Below, piece after piece: positions 27,169-37,555 of a DNA stretch of 64,000 nucleotides. This stretch comes from Candidatus Kaiserbacteria bacterium (GTDB taxonomy: Bacteria > Patescibacteriota > Minisyncoccia > Phycocordibacterales > Phycocordibacteraceae), in contig DAIDIW010000002.1 in the NCBI GenBank assembly GCA_027451665.1, forward strand, positions 212,254 to 276,253. Reading direction: 5' to 3'. The notes beneath the pieces were generated by a model. The model had not been told where the DNA came from, ran no database searches, and worked only from the letters and a program-made list of their open reading frames with translations. The first letter of the stretch is position 1, and each line of letters starts with the position of its first letter. The position numbers and the translations under genes are program-made.

Positions 27169-28017
27169 TCAATGCTTCGGTTTTACGTAGAGTTTGCCGG
27201 AAAAACGGGCGTCGACATACGCTACAGATCCATCCGCGAGGTTGAACTGTCCCTGTGCCGATTTAAGCGCTGTATACGCACCATTTTCGTTCCCAAGGAG
27301 ATACAGGATGACAGATCCCGAGGCGAGCGTGTCGTCTGCCTCCCCGTCATGGATCGCGATGCTTGTGACCGGCGAACCGAATGCCGAGAGTTCCCGTGCA
27401 AAGTTAAAAGCTGCAGGCAGCGCATCAGCGGCCGCAATCGTCGCGCGTACAGCCTCCGTCGTGGAACTCACGAGCGGCGCATACAGCACGAAGTCGTTCA
27501 GCGTCTCACCAGTCGAGGTGGCAGCGGTCGAGGTGGCAGTCGTCGGCGCACTCGCGTAGATGAAGCCGCTCGGATCGAATAGATAGCAGCTCGGGATGAC
27601 ACCCTGTCCTGGTGGGGTCGTCCCGCACCAGCGCGCGACCGGTGTGCGCGCATCGGCTCGTATTGCGAGCGTATTGAGACCCGCGTGGTACACAGAAACC
27701 GCGGCGATCTCGGGATGCGCTGCAAGTATTGCTCTGCGAATAGCGCCCTCGGGCGGCAGGAGCGTCGTGTCGCGCGGCAGAATCCAGAAATCGCGACCTG
27801 AAAGTGCCGCATCGGCATAGGACGCGAGCGATGGATCTCCGGCGATGACAATTACTGCGCGAATGCGCAGAAAGGGCTGCCAAAGTCCCCAGATAACGCC
27901 TCCCATGATGAGCGCGCACAGTACGCTCAGCGCTATAGCGAGCCGCTTTCGCGCGCGCTTCCGGCGTGCCGCAAGCCGCTCAGTTCCCGGGCTTCGAGAT
28001 AACGTCCTTGCCGACAT
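27169..28017 (-). CDS. FtsQ/DivIB-like cell division protein
   Basis: Basic N-terminus, TM, POTRA-like region, YVDARFSGKLY C-terminus. Confidence 0.75.
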   Translation of the reverse strand: MSARTLSRSPGTERLAARRKRARKRLAIALSVLCALIMGGVIWGLWQPFLRIRAVIVIAGDPSLASYADAALSGRDFWILPRDTTLLPPEGAIRRAILAAHPEIAAVSVYHAGLNTLAIRADARTPVARWCGTTPPGQGVIPSCYLFDPSGFIYASAPTTATSTAATSTGETLNDFVLYAPLVSSTTEAVRATIAAADALPAAFNFARELSAFGSPVTSIAIHDGEADDTLASGSVILYLLGNENGAYTALKSAQGQFNLADGSVAYVDARFSGKLYVKPKH

Positions 28018-29251
28018 ACGGAACCAATACGTCCGGCACGCGGATAGTGCCATCGGCTTGCTGATAATTCTCGACGAGTACCGCAAGGAAGCGCGGCGTC
28101 GCAAGCGCGGTGTTATTTAGCGAATGGGCGAATTGCATGTTCCCCGCGGCATCGCGATAGCGAATATTGAGGCGGCGCGTCTGGAAATCATGGAAATACG
28201 AGGACGAGTGCGTCTCGCGGTATTTCCTTTCGCTCGGCATCCAGCATTCAATGTCATATTTCTTAACCTGGCCGAGGCCGAGGTCTCCGCCGCAGTTCAC
28301 AACCACGTGGTACGGAATCTTGAGCGCTTGGATCATCTCTTCCGCATTATGCGTCAGTTCTTCGTGATGACGCACGCTCGTCTCGTGCGAGGCTTCGCAG
28401 AGGATGACCTGCTCGAACTTGTAGAACTCGTGCACGCGCACGAGCCCCTTCGTGTCCTTGCCGTGCGCGCCGGCCTCTCGGCGAAATGCGGGCGAAAAGG
28501 AAAAGAACTTGAGGGGGAACCGGGATCCATCGAGAACCTCGTCCATGTAGTAGGCCATGGTCGCGACCTCGGCCGTACCCGAGAGGTACTCACCGTCCTG
28601 TGTCTTGTAGAGATCTTCCTCCGATTGCGGCAGATAGCCCGTTCCCATGAATCCTTCGCGGCGCATGAGGCTCGGTACGATCATCGGAGTAAAGCCTCCT
28701 TTCTTCCTAAAATGGTCACTCATGAATTGCCAGAGCGCGTAGGAAAGCAGCGCGCCATCGTTTTTGAGGAAGTAGCCGCGAAAGCCCGCAACCTTCGCAC
28801 CACGATCGAAATCCGCCATGTCGAGCGAGGTCATGAGATCGACGTGCGACTTCGGCACCTCGATCACCGGCTTCTCGCCCCACACCCGCACCTCCACGTT
28901 CGCCTCGTCGCTGTCGCCTTCCGGGACGCTCATGTCGGGCACGTTCGGCACGAGGAGCATAAGCTTCTGCCACTCCTCCATCACCGCTTTATAGCGCTCT
29001 TCCGCCTCGATCATGCCGCTTTTCAGCTGACGCATCGCCTCGAGGAGATGCTCCTTCTCCTGCCCTTGCGCGCGCTGTATCTCCCCACTCCGGCGATTCT
29101 GCTCCGCCTTCTTAGCGTCAAGTTCCGCGCGCAGGCTTTTCCGCTCGTCATCGAGCACGAGCAGGCGGTCGATGTCTGCCTGCATGCGCTTCTTCGCAGC
29201 ACCCATCTTCACGATGTCTGCATTCTCCCGAATGAATTTGATGTCGAGCAT
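27980..29251 (-). CDS. serS: Seryl-tRNA synthetase
   Basis: MLDIKFIREN, GTAEV, FRREAG, RVHEFYKFEQ, HSLNNTALATPR. Confidence 0.97.
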   Translation of the reverse strand: MLDIKFIRENADIVKMGAAKKRMQADIDRLLVLDDERKSLRAELDAKKAEQNRRSGEIQRAQGQEKEHLLEAMRQLKSGMIEAEERYKAVMEEWQKLMLLVPNVPDMSVPEGDSDEANVEVRVWGEKPVIEVPKSHVDLMTSLDMADFDRGAKVAGFRGYFLKNDGALLSYALWQFMSDHFRKKGGFTPMIVPSLMRREGFMGTGYLPQSEEDLYKTQDGEYLSGTAEVATMAYYMDEVLDGSRFPLKFFSFSPAFRREAGAHGKDTKGLVRVHEFYKFEQVILCEASHETSVRHHEELTHNAEEMIQALKIPYHVVVNCGGDLGLGQVKKYDIECWMPSERKYRETHSSSYFHDFQTRRLNIRYRDAAGNMQFAHSLNNTALATPRFLAVLVENYQQADGTIRVPDVLVPYVGKDVISKPGN

Positions 29252-29276
29252 GTCGTGGCTAGTATACACTCTCTCT

Positions 29277-29528
29277 ATGGACGTTCGCACTCTCACCCGT
29301 GCAGAGTGACCTGCCGAGCTCCACGAGATCCCCAGACCTCCCGGTACGCTGTCAGTGCGTCTCACATTGCTCGTGCCCGGCGCCAAACGGATCGTCTGGG
29401 AACTGTTTGAGACACCTATGCCGCGCGGCGAGCTGCTGCGCGATCGTACGGCACACGTCGACAATCTTCTGACAACGCCCATCTCACTCGGGCTTGCAGG
29501 CCGTGTCAAAGAGGAATACGGTCTCTGA
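29277..29528 (+). pseudogene. dprA: Probable dprA remnant (premature stop and large internal deletion)
   Basis: Manual translation MDVRTLTRAE*PAELHEIPRPPGTLSVR...ELFETPMPRGELLR...LGLAGRVKEEYGL*; N-terminal P..L.EI..PP..L.VR motif of DprA; upstream of topA. Confidence 0.55.
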
Positions 29529-29569
29529 AGACGGTGCTAACAAGGACTCCACGGGAAGAGGAGACATCC

Positions 29570-29884
29570 ATGACCGGAGAGACCATGGCCGGGCTCCTCC
29601 TCGTCTCGTTCTATGGCGAGCAGGAAGCACGGAGACGTATCCATTCAATCATCATCCGCGATATACTCGAGGATGCCTGCCACAAGAGCGGGACGCCTGC
29701 GACGAAGAATATGCTTCGGGATGATATCGTCGCGACAGCCGAGATCCTGACACGGATCGAGGATGAGTTCCCACGCGCGGAGCGAGAGCGAATATACCGC
29801 CGCATCTGGCGCGCGCTCGACTCGTATGAGCGAGAGAAGCTGAAAAGAGTACGCGCCGAGCAGATCGGCGCGAACAATCGATAG
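29570..29884 (+). CDS. Hypothetical protein
   Basis: GAGGAG SD, helical charged ORF, hairpin downstream. Confidence 0.6.
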   Translation: MTGETMAGLLLVSFYGEQEARRRIHSIIIRDILEDACHKSGTPATKNMLRDDIVATAEILTRIEDEFPRAERERIYRRIWRALDSYEREKLKRVRAEQIGANNR

Positions 29885-29957
29885 AAGTGCCGCACACCTT
29901 CGCGCCCGCAAGAGCGGGCGCGTTCCTTTTAATGGTCGAAAGCTCTATAGTGCGGGC

Positions 29958-30740
29958 ATGACCGTGCTCTCCTGGAACATGCTCTTCAGCAACGCACGAC
30001 TCGATGACGCATTCGCGTTCATCCGGAACTCCGATGCCGATCTTATCTGCCTACAGGAAATCCCCGACGCATTCCTCGAACGTTTGCGATCGTTGCCCTA
30101 CTCGCTCGTAAGCGCGGTCGAGACGAGCCGCCGCACGCGGCATGGTGACTCGACCCAGCATCTCGCGATACTGTCTCGCTGGCCCGTCATGCGCCATGCG
30201 CGCGTACCGCTCCCAGAGCGCATGCAGGAGCCACTGCGAACGCGCCTCTTCACAAACGCGATGATAGCGCTCGGGCTCTGGGGACGCGGATTCGGCGTTC
30301 GGCACCAGCTCGTCGCGGATATCGAGACGCCCGAGAACCCCCTTCGCGTGATCGATGTGCATCTGCCACTCGCCCGCGCCGCGTGGCGCGCGGAAGAATT
30401 CGAGCGTTCGCTCATGAATGTAGACCACGCGCTCCCAACACTCATCTGCGGCGATTTCAATGTCCTCGAGTCTCGCCGCATTGCGCCCCTCTATTGGCTC
30501 CTCGGTGGTTTGCTCTCGGAGACCCTCTTCTGGCGGCGCGAGCGTGCTCGGATGGAGGAACGCTTCGCCGCACGCGATCTCGCGAATCCGTTGCGCGGAC
30601 AGGTAACCCATCCGACCTCCCGCTCACAACTCGACCATATCCTCTGTTCAAAACATTTCGCTGTAAATAGCGCGCAGGTAGTGAAGAATCGTCATGGCTC
30701 GGACCATCATCCCATCATCACCGAGCTTGACTATATATAG
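29958..30740 (+). CDS. Endonuclease/exonuclease/phosphatase family protein
   Basis: VLSWN, CLQE, CGDFN, LDHIL, GSDHHP. Confidence 0.92.
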   Translation: MTVLSWNMLFSNARLDDAFAFIRNSDADLICLQEIPDAFLERLRSLPYSLVSAVETSRRTRHGDSTQHLAILSRWPVMRHARVPLPERMQEPLRTRLFTNAMIALGLWGRGFGVRHQLVADIETPENPLRVIDVHLPLARAAWRAEEFERSLMNVDHALPTLICGDFNVLESRRIAPLYWLLGGLLSETLFWRRERARMEERFAARDLANPLRGQVTHPTSRSQLDHILCSKHFAVNSAQVVKNRHGSDHHPIITELDYI

Positions 30741-30766
30741 GTACGCACGCTATCTGTTAAACCACC

Positions 30767-33133
30767 GTGGCGAAGAAACTACTCATCGTCGAGTCGCCGA
30801 CGAAGGCGCGCACCATAGGGAACTACCTCGGCAAGGACTACACCGTCCTTGCCTCGGTCGGTCACGTCCGTGATCTCCCGAAATCGAACAAGGACGCAGT
30901 CGACATCGAGGACGGCTTTATCCCGAAATACGTCGTCCCTGCCGAGAAGCGCGAGGTCATCGAGAAGATACGCAGGGCTGCAGCGAGCGCCGACGAGGTC
31001 TATCTCGCGACTGACCCCGACCGCGAAGGCGAAGCGATCGCCTGGCATATCAAGCAAGTCGCTGACCTGAAGTCGCCGCATCGGGTCGTCTTCCACGAGA
31101 TCACCCGGCACGCGATCGAGGAAGCGCTCAAGCATCCGCGTAAGATCGACGAGCATCTGCGCGAGGCGCAGGAGGCGCGTCGCGTACTCGATCGCATCGT
31201 CGGCTACGATCTCTCCGGACTCATCTGGAAGAAAGTCCGCTATGGTCTTTCCGCAGGCCGCGTCCAGTCTCCGGCGATGCGCATACTCGCCGAGCGTGAG
31301 CGAGAGATCACTGCATTCGTGCCGGAGACGTACTTCGTGCTCTCCGCGCGGTTCAAGGGCAAGGACGAGGAGTTCCCCGCGACGTGCGCGGAACAGCCGA
31401 AGACACAGGCTGAAGCAGACCGCATCGTGTCGCTCGGCCGCAGCGCACACTGGATGGTGGCGAAAGTGAGCGAGCGAGAGGAGGAACGGAACCCGCGTCC
31501 GCCGTTCACGACCTCGACCCTTCAGCAGACGGCTTCCACGCGCCTCGGCTTCACCCCGAGCCGCACCATGCGCGCGGCGCAGAAGCTCTATGAAGCGGGG
31601 CACATCACCTATATGCGCACTGACTCTGTCAATCTCGCGGGCGAGGCGATCGCTCGCATGGCGACGCTCATTGAGAAGGATTTCGGCAAGGAATACCTCA
31701 CGGTCCGCGCATACAAGACGAAGAGCAAGAACGCGCAGGAAGCACACGAGGCGGTACGCCCCACCGATCCGGCGAAGCAAAGCACAGGCGCGACACCCGA
31801 CGAACAGCGCCTCTACGAGCTCATCCGCACGCGCGCGCTCGCTTCCCAAATGGCCTCTGCGAAGATTATGCGCACGAGCGTCTCGGCCCAGGCCGACGCG
31901 GAGATCCCGCAATTTACCGCGAACGGCTCGCGGGTGCTCTTCCCCGGCTGGCTCGCACTCGATACCCGCGCGCGCGGCGAAGACGTCGAGCTCCCGAAGC
32001 TCGCCGAGAGCGACGCGCTGACCCTCGTCTCGCTCGGCGCGGAAGAGAAGCAGACGGAACCGCCTAACCGCTATACCGAAGCAGGCCTCATCAAGGAGCT
32101 CGAGAAGCGCGGCATCGGTCGCCCGTCCACCTACGCTTCTATCATGCAGACCATCCAGAACCGAGGCTATGTCGAGAAAGAAGGCCGTACGCTCCGCCCC
32201 ACGGCTACCGGCATGGTCGTGTCCGGGTGGCTTGAGGAAAATTTTCCGGAGTACATCAGCGACGATTTCACGGCCGAGATGGAGAATGAGCTCGATGAGA
32301 TCGCGCGCGGCGAACGCGGATACCGCGAGACGCTTTCTGAATTCTATACGCCGTTCGAGAAGGCGGTGCGTTCGAAGGATAAGCTCCCGAAAGCGACCTC
32401 GCTCGGAGATGCGCCCGAGGAATTCCCCTGTCCGATCTGCGGCGGACCGATGGAGTACAAGCTCGGACGCGGCGGCGTCTTCATGAGCTGCAAGCGTTAT
32501 CCGGATTGCACAGGCGCGCGCACAGAATCGGGCGGCGAACTGAAGGGCGACGAGCCAATCGGTACGCACCCGGATACCGGCGCCCCGATCTATGTGAAGA
32601 GCGGACGGTTCGGCCCCTATGTAGAGATGGATCTGCCTGAGGAGGATGCGAAGGAGCGCGGGGACGAGAAACCGAAGAAGGGGCGCGGCCGCCCGAAGAA
32701 ACACGCGAAGCGCGCTTCGATCCCGAAGGATGTCGACCCATCGCGCGTGACGTTGGCTGACGCAGTCCGTTACCTCTCCCTTCCGCGCGAGCTCGGACGT
32801 CATCCCGGTACGGGCAAGATGGTATTCGCGAATACCGGACGCTTCGGGCCCTATGTCGGCATGGACGGCGAGTTCCGCTCGATCAAGAAGAGTGATCCGT
32901 ACACCATCACCCTCGATGAGGCGCTCGCACTCCTCTCCATCCCGAAGAAGCTGCCGAAGGGCGTTGAGCTCGTCCGCGAGGTCGGGAAACATCCGAAGAC
33001 AGGAAAATCCATCCAGCTCCTGAAGACCCGGCAAGGCTATTTCTTGAAGAAGGGTTTGCGGAGGATCTACCTTCCCCAATCGGTTGACGTGAACGGGCTT
33101 ACCGCCGAACAAGCCGCTGAATATCTCAAGTAG
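30767..33133 (+). CDS. topA: DNA topoisomerase I
   Basis: LLIVESPTKA, ATDPDREGE, SAGRVQS, ITYMRTD; zinc ribbon and C-terminal repeats. Confidence 0.97.
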   Translation: MAKKLLIVESPTKARTIGNYLGKDYTVLASVGHVRDLPKSNKDAVDIEDGFIPKYVVPAEKREVIEKIRRAAASADEVYLATDPDREGEAIAWHIKQVADLKSPHRVVFHEITRHAIEEALKHPRKIDEHLREAQEARRVLDRIVGYDLSGLIWKKVRYGLSAGRVQSPAMRILAEREREITAFVPETYFVLSARFKGKDEEFPATCAEQPKTQAEADRIVSLGRSAHWMVAKVSEREEERNPRPPFTTSTLQQTASTRLGFTPSRTMRAAQKLYEAGHITYMRTDSVNLAGEAIARMATLIEKDFGKEYLTVRAYKTKSKNAQEAHEAVRPTDPAKQSTGATPDEQRLYELIRTRALASQMASAKIMRTSVSAQADAEIPQFTANGSRVLFPGWLALDTRARGEDVELPKLAESDALTLVSLGAEEKQTEPPNRYTEAGLIKELEKRGIGRPSTYASIMQTIQNRGYVEKEGRTLRPTATGMVVSGWLEENFPEYISDDFTAEMENELDEIARGERGYRETLSEFYTPFEKAVRSKDKLPKATSLGDAPEEFPCPICGGPMEYKLGRGGVFMSCKRYPDCTGARTESGGELKGDEPIGTHPDTGAPIYVKSGRFGPYVEMDLPEEDAKERGDEKPKKGRGRPKKHAKRASIPKDVDPSRVTLADAVRYLSLPRELGRHPGTGKMVFANTGRFGPYVGMDGEFRSIKKSDPYTITLDEALALLSIPKKLPKGVELVREVGKHPKTGKSIQLLKTRQGYFLKKGLRRIYLPQSVDVNGLTAEQAAEYLK

Positions 33134-33156
33134 AGCTGATTTGCTATGCTATCCGC

Positions 33157-34734
33157 ATGACGCCCGTCAAGGACATCATCGCGGAAATGAGCATCGCGAC
33201 GCCGGAGGAGACGGCGCTTGTCGAGAAAGCGTATGGGTTCGCGAAGAAGGCGCATGAAGGTCATACGCGCTACTCGGGCGAACCTTATTTCATGCATCCG
33301 GCAGCAGTCGCCAAGATGCTCGCGGAGTACGGAATGGACAGCGCGACCATCGCCGCCGGCTTACTCCATGATACCGTCGAGGACGGTCTAGCTTCGCGCG
33401 ATGAGGTCGAACGGGAATTCGGCAAGGACGTGCTCTTCCTTGTCGATGGCGTGACAAAACTCGGGCACCATAAGTATCGCGGCGCCGAGCGTCATGCGGA
33501 AAGCCTTCGACGGCTCCTCGTCGCGACCGCGAGCGACATACGCGTCCTCATCGTGAAGCTCGCCGATCGCTACCACAATATGACGACGCTCGAGCACGTG
33601 CCGGAGCACAAGCGGCGACGCATCGCTCTTGAGACGCTCGAGATCTTCGCGCCGATCGCGGATCGACTCGGCATGGGAAAAATGAAGCGGGATCTCGAGG
33701 ACCTCGCCTTCCCCTACGTTGATCCGGACGCGTACGCGCACGCCGCGCAAGTCCGTAAGCTGAAGACGAAGGAGACGGAGGACGGACTCGCGAAGGTGCA
33801 GAAGACGCTACAGAAGGACTTCGCGAAGAAAGGCTTGACCGAATTCCGCACGGAGATCCGCATGAAGGGACTCTGGTCGCTCCATCAAAAGCTGAAGCGC
33901 AAGGATGACGACATCACGCTCATTCACGACATCGCTGCACTCCGCATCATCCTGCCGAAGATCGAGGACTGCTACACCGCCCTCGGGGCGGTACATGCTC
34001 TGTATAAGCCCTTGCCGGGCGAGTTCAAAGACTATATCGCTTTCCCGAAGCCAAACGGCTACCAGTCACTCCACACGACGGTCGTAACCCCGGACGCAGG
34101 CATCGTCGAGATCCAGATCCGCAGCGAAGATATGCACCGTCGCGCGCAGTTCGGCATCGCGAGCCACATGTCCTACAAACAACTCGGCAAGAATGCGCCC
34201 AAGAGCTCATTCGCCGGCCTGTCCTTCGCCTGGGTGCGTTCGCTCATACCTTCTCTCATGAAAGTCTCAAGGCCTACGACTGAGACCGGCGGGAGAGCCG
34301 CGCCGGCTCCTGCGTGGCTTACGGAGCTCGCTGACGCGCATACCTCGATTATCGGCTCAGAGGAGTTCGTCGAGGGGCTTAAGGAGGATTTCTTCTCCCA
34401 TCGCGTATTCCTATTCACACCGAAGGGCGACGTGGTGGACTTGCCCGCGCAGTCCACGCCGATCGATTTCGCGTATGCGATCCACAGCGATATCGGCAAT
34501 CATCTCCAAGGAGCGAAAGTGAACGGGAAGCTTGTCTCCTTCGAGACGCCGCTTCATAACGGCGACGTGGTCGATATTATGACGCGCGACGCTGCGCACC
34601 CGTCTCCGAAATGGCTCGAGGAGTGCAAGACATCGCTCGCGCGCAAGCACATCAAGGCAGCGCTTGGCATGACGGAACCGGAACGACCGCGGCGCAGAAC
34701 GCTCCGCAAGCCGGGAAAGCGCGAACGAAAATAG
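33157..34734 (+). CDS. rel: RelA/SpoT (p)ppGpp synthetase/hydrolase (HD, synthetase, TGS)
   Basis: GLLHDTVED, KLADRYHNM, PKPNGYQSLHT, TPIDFAYAIH. Confidence 0.93.
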   Translation: MTPVKDIIAEMSIATPEETALVEKAYGFAKKAHEGHTRYSGEPYFMHPAAVAKMLAEYGMDSATIAAGLLHDTVEDGLASRDEVEREFGKDVLFLVDGVTKLGHHKYRGAERHAESLRRLLVATASDIRVLIVKLADRYHNMTTLEHVPEHKRRRIALETLEIFAPIADRLGMGKMKRDLEDLAFPYVDPDAYAHAAQVRKLKTKETEDGLAKVQKTLQKDFAKKGLTEFRTEIRMKGLWSLHQKLKRKDDDITLIHDIAALRIILPKIEDCYTALGAVHALYKPLPGEFKDYIAFPKPNGYQSLHTTVVTPDAGIVEIQIRSEDMHRRAQFGIASHMSYKQLGKNAPKSSFAGLSFAWVRSLIPSLMKVSRPTTETGGRAAPAPAWLTELADAHTSIIGSEEFVEGLKEDFFSHRVFLFTPKGDVVDLPAQSTPIDFAYAIHSDIGNHLQGAKVNGKLVSFETPLHNGDVVDIMTRDAAHPSPKWLEECKTSLARKHIKAALGMTEPERPRRRTLRKPGKRERK

Positions 34735-34763
34735 CACCGCGCCCTTAGCGCAGTACCCACACG

Positions 34764-35756
34764 TCAGATCGAGAAATTGCTGATTGAGTACAGGTCTCCC
34801 TCATCCGGTTCCTCGGGCGCCGGCGGGGCGATCGGATCCGCGTCGAGCTGCGTCGTGTTCGGATAGAGCGTCTGCGCTGCATCCACGCACGCCGCCGCCT
34901 CGGCAATCTGCTGCTCCTGCTCGCGCAAGAATGCCTCTACCAGATGATTCAGATCCTCGTTCGAGAAGAAGTCGATGAGCAGACGTCCGCCTTCGGCTCC
35001 GGCTTCGATGATGACGCGCGTGCCGAGCTTCTCAGTGAGCGATTTCTCGAGCTCGACCATCTCCCGTGTCTTCTTGTGATGCTTCCGCACGCGTTCCTGC
35101 GCGATCGAGCGCGCGATCCGCTCAGCCGCGCGGACTGGGAGCTTCTTAAGCACGATCTCCTTATAGAGCGTCTCGCGCTCCTCTGGACGATCGTTCAGCG
35201 CAAGCAGCGCGCGCGCATGACCTTCCGAGATCTCCTTGTCGACGATCGCCTGCTGCATGCTCTCCGGAAGCATGAGGAGGCGCAGGGAGTTCGATACGTA
35301 CTCGCGGCTGCGGCCCACCTTAGCCGCCGTTTCCGTATGCGAGATGCCGAATTCTTCGATGAGCTGCCTGAGCGCTTTCGCGCGATCGATCGCGTTCAGA
35401 TCCTCGCGCTGAAGGTTCTCGATGATCGCGAGTTCGAGCTTCGTCTTACTTGTCTCGCCTTCGCGAATGACCACGGGTACCTGCTTCAGCCCGATAAGCT
35501 TCGAAGCTCTGAGACGGCGCTCGCCGGCGATGAGCTCGTACTGCGTCTCGAGTCCGCCGTCGGGCTTCTCGACCTCGTTGCGGGTTACCGTGAGCGGCTG
35601 CAAGAGCCCGTACTGGCGTATCGAATCTGCGAGCGATTTCAGGCCTTCCTCGCTGAATTCCCGGCGCGGCTGATAGGGGTTCGGGGCGATCTTGTCAGTC
35701 TCGACCCAATAGACTGAGTCGTACTTGGTCGGTATGTATTTCGCGTCCTCGCTCAT
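34764..35756 (-). CDS. parB: ParB/Spo0J partition protein
   Basis: PNPYQPR, LIAGERRLRA, ENLQREDL, ISEGHARAL. Confidence 0.95.
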   Translation of the reverse strand: MSEDAKYIPTKYDSVYWVETDKIAPNPYQPRREFSEEGLKSLADSIRQYGLLQPLTVTRNEVEKPDGGLETQYELIAGERRLRASKLIGLKQVPVVIREGETSKTKLELAIIENLQREDLNAIDRAKALRQLIEEFGISHTETAAKVGRSREYVSNSLRLLMLPESMQQAIVDKEISEGHARALLALNDRPEERETLYKEIVLKKLPVRAAERIARSIAQERVRKHHKKTREMVELEKSLTEKLGTRVIIEAGAEGGRLLIDFFSNEDLNHLVEAFLREQEQQIAEAAACVDAAQTLYPNTTQLDADPIAPPAPEEPDEGDLYSISNFSI

Positions 35757-35812
35757 TTGCCGTTAGTTTACCAGATGAAAAATGTCGTGCGAAATGATAC
35801 TGTGCATCCGAC

Positions 35813-35893
35813 GCCGGGATGGCGGAATGGTAGACGCGGTGGATTCAAAACCCACTGTCGCAAGACATGAGAGTTCGAGTCTCTCTCCCGGCA
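35813..35893 (+). tRNA. tRNA-Leu(CAA)
   Basis: gccggga...tcccggca cloverleaf, anticodon CAA, long variable arm. Confidence 0.93.
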
Positions 35894-35998
35894 CAATTGA
35901 ATCTGATAGGAGGCGGCTAGAGGCGCGCTCAGCTTCTTGCGTCCATAAGCGCTAGTGTTATGGTTCCCCCAGACCATGCCATCAGAAGGAGGCTACGC

Positions 35999-36760
35999 AT
36001 GGATACCCGCTCTCTTGTAAATTGGAAGAAAAAGTTCGAGGACGTAGGTGCATTCTGGCGCCATGATCAGAACCCCTTGCGCCCTTACGCGCGGCTGACT
36101 TCAGGCCGCATTTCCGATGGATTCTTCGATGCCGATCGAGTTACCGCGCACCCGTCTCTGGTATATCAGGCGATCGGCCATCTGATGCAGGCGTCTGAGC
36201 TCGAACGGGCGCTCCGCCTGATACGGACGCCTGAAGAGTGTGCGCTCAGAAAGCACGCAGTCGCTTCAACTCTGAACGATCTGCGCCCCTCGTACGTCGA
36301 AGAGCGCCGAGGGCCGCGCATTACGCTTGTGGTCGGTGCCGCCTATGGCGCAATCACGCCAGCCTACGCGGCAGCGCATCACGCAGAGGCGAGAATGGCC
36401 TTCGCCGTAAAGCGAGAGGACGGCACCTTCACCTTCGACCGGTTTGAGGCATCCATCGGCGAGCAAGAGGTCGTCCTCATCATTGAGGACACAGTTACTA
36501 CCGGAGGCACCGTGCGCAAGATTCGTGATGCACTCATACGCATCCGTCCCAAGTCTCGGTTCATACCGTGCGTACTCTCGTTTTGTAACCGTTCAAACAC
36601 GATCGCAATCGACGATATGGAAATCGCCTCGCTCATCTCCCCGGACATTAGAAGCTGGAAAGAGGGCGAGAACCCGTATACGCCCGACGGTCGTGAGCTC
36701 GTACCGCCAGTGAGTGAGCCCAAGCTGCATTCGCACGAACTCACGCGCACATATCCGTAA
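35999..36760 (+). CDS. Orotate-phosphoribosyltransferase-like type I PRTase
   Basis: RLTSGRISDGFFD; PRPP loop VLIIEDTVTTGGT; AGGAGG SD. Confidence 0.8.
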   Translation: MDTRSLVNWKKKFEDVGAFWRHDQNPLRPYARLTSGRISDGFFDADRVTAHPSLVYQAIGHLMQASELERALRLIRTPEECALRKHAVASTLNDLRPSYVEERRGPRITLVVGAAYGAITPAYAAAHHAEARMAFAVKREDGTFTFDRFEASIGEQEVVLIIEDTVTTGGTVRKIRDALIRIRPKSRFIPCVLSFCNRSNTIAIDDMEIASLISPDIRSWKEGENPYTPDGRELVPPVSEPKLHSHELTRTYP

Positions 36761-36851
36761 ACTCCAAGATGCGCCGTATGCTTCCTACGATGCGAAGTAC
36801 AAACGGCGGACTCCCGAGTCCGCCGTTTTTTCTTTTGCGTCTTGCGTACCC

Positions 36852-37514
36852 CTAAAGCTTGCCGACCAAGTCGAGGTCGCCGCCCGTGAGCGTATCGTCA
36901 CCGGGCTCCCAGGATGCCGGGCACACCTGCCCCTTATGCGTGTCTACGAACTGTGCGGCCTGCAGCTTGCGATACGTCTCCGCGGCTTTACGGCCCATGG
37001 AGTTATCGTTTACCTCCATCGCGCGCAGGACGCCTGACGGATCGATGATGAAGGAGCCACGCAAGGCGAGGCCTTCATCCGGCGTGAGCTCGGCTTCCCC
37101 ACCCTCGATGAGCACACCAAAGGCATACGCAAGCTTTCCCGAGGGATCCGCCGCCATAGGGTATCGGATAGCCCTGATGCCCTCTGAGACGTCGTGCCAG
37201 GCCTTATGGACGAAGACGGTATCGGTGGAAACGGAAATGATCTCCGCGTTTAACGCTTTGAATTTCGGGTACAACTTCGCGAGATCCTCGAGCTCGGTAG
37301 GACACACAAAGGTGAAGTCAGCGGGATAGAACACGAGCACGATCCATTTCCCGCGAAGCTTCGAGAGCGACATCGTCTTCACGTCGCCCCCGTGAAAGGC
37401 TTCGAACTCGAAGTCTGGCACGGGCTCGCCCACTTTTACTTGGGCCGTGTAATCGCGGACCTGATCATGGAATTCTCCGCAATGCTCGCAGTAGTTGCTC
37501 TTGGTTTCCTTCAT
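36852..37514 (-). CDS. ahpC: 2-Cys peroxiredoxin
   Basis: FYPADFTFVCPTEL and VCPASW. Confidence 0.93.
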   Translation of the reverse strand: MKETKSNYCEHCGEFHDQVRDYTAQVKVGEPVPDFEFEAFHGGDVKTMSLSKLRGKWIVLVFYPADFTFVCPTELEDLAKLYPKFKALNAEIISVSTDTVFVHKAWHDVSEGIRAIRYPMAADPSGKLAYAFGVLIEGGEAELTPDEGLALRGSFIIDPSGVLRAMEVNDNSMGRKAAETYRKLQAAQFVDTHKGQVCPASWEPGDDTLTGGDLDLVGKL

Positions 37515-37555
37515 AGGCGTTGTCGGTTAGTGGGTCCATGGTACCATCGCCCTCG

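Noticed and set aside
30779-33112. Long antisense ORFs (777 aa opposite topA; likewise opposite serS, clpB, rpsA, infB and the recombinase)
   Set aside because: Shadow frames of GC-rich coding genes with no recognisable motifs
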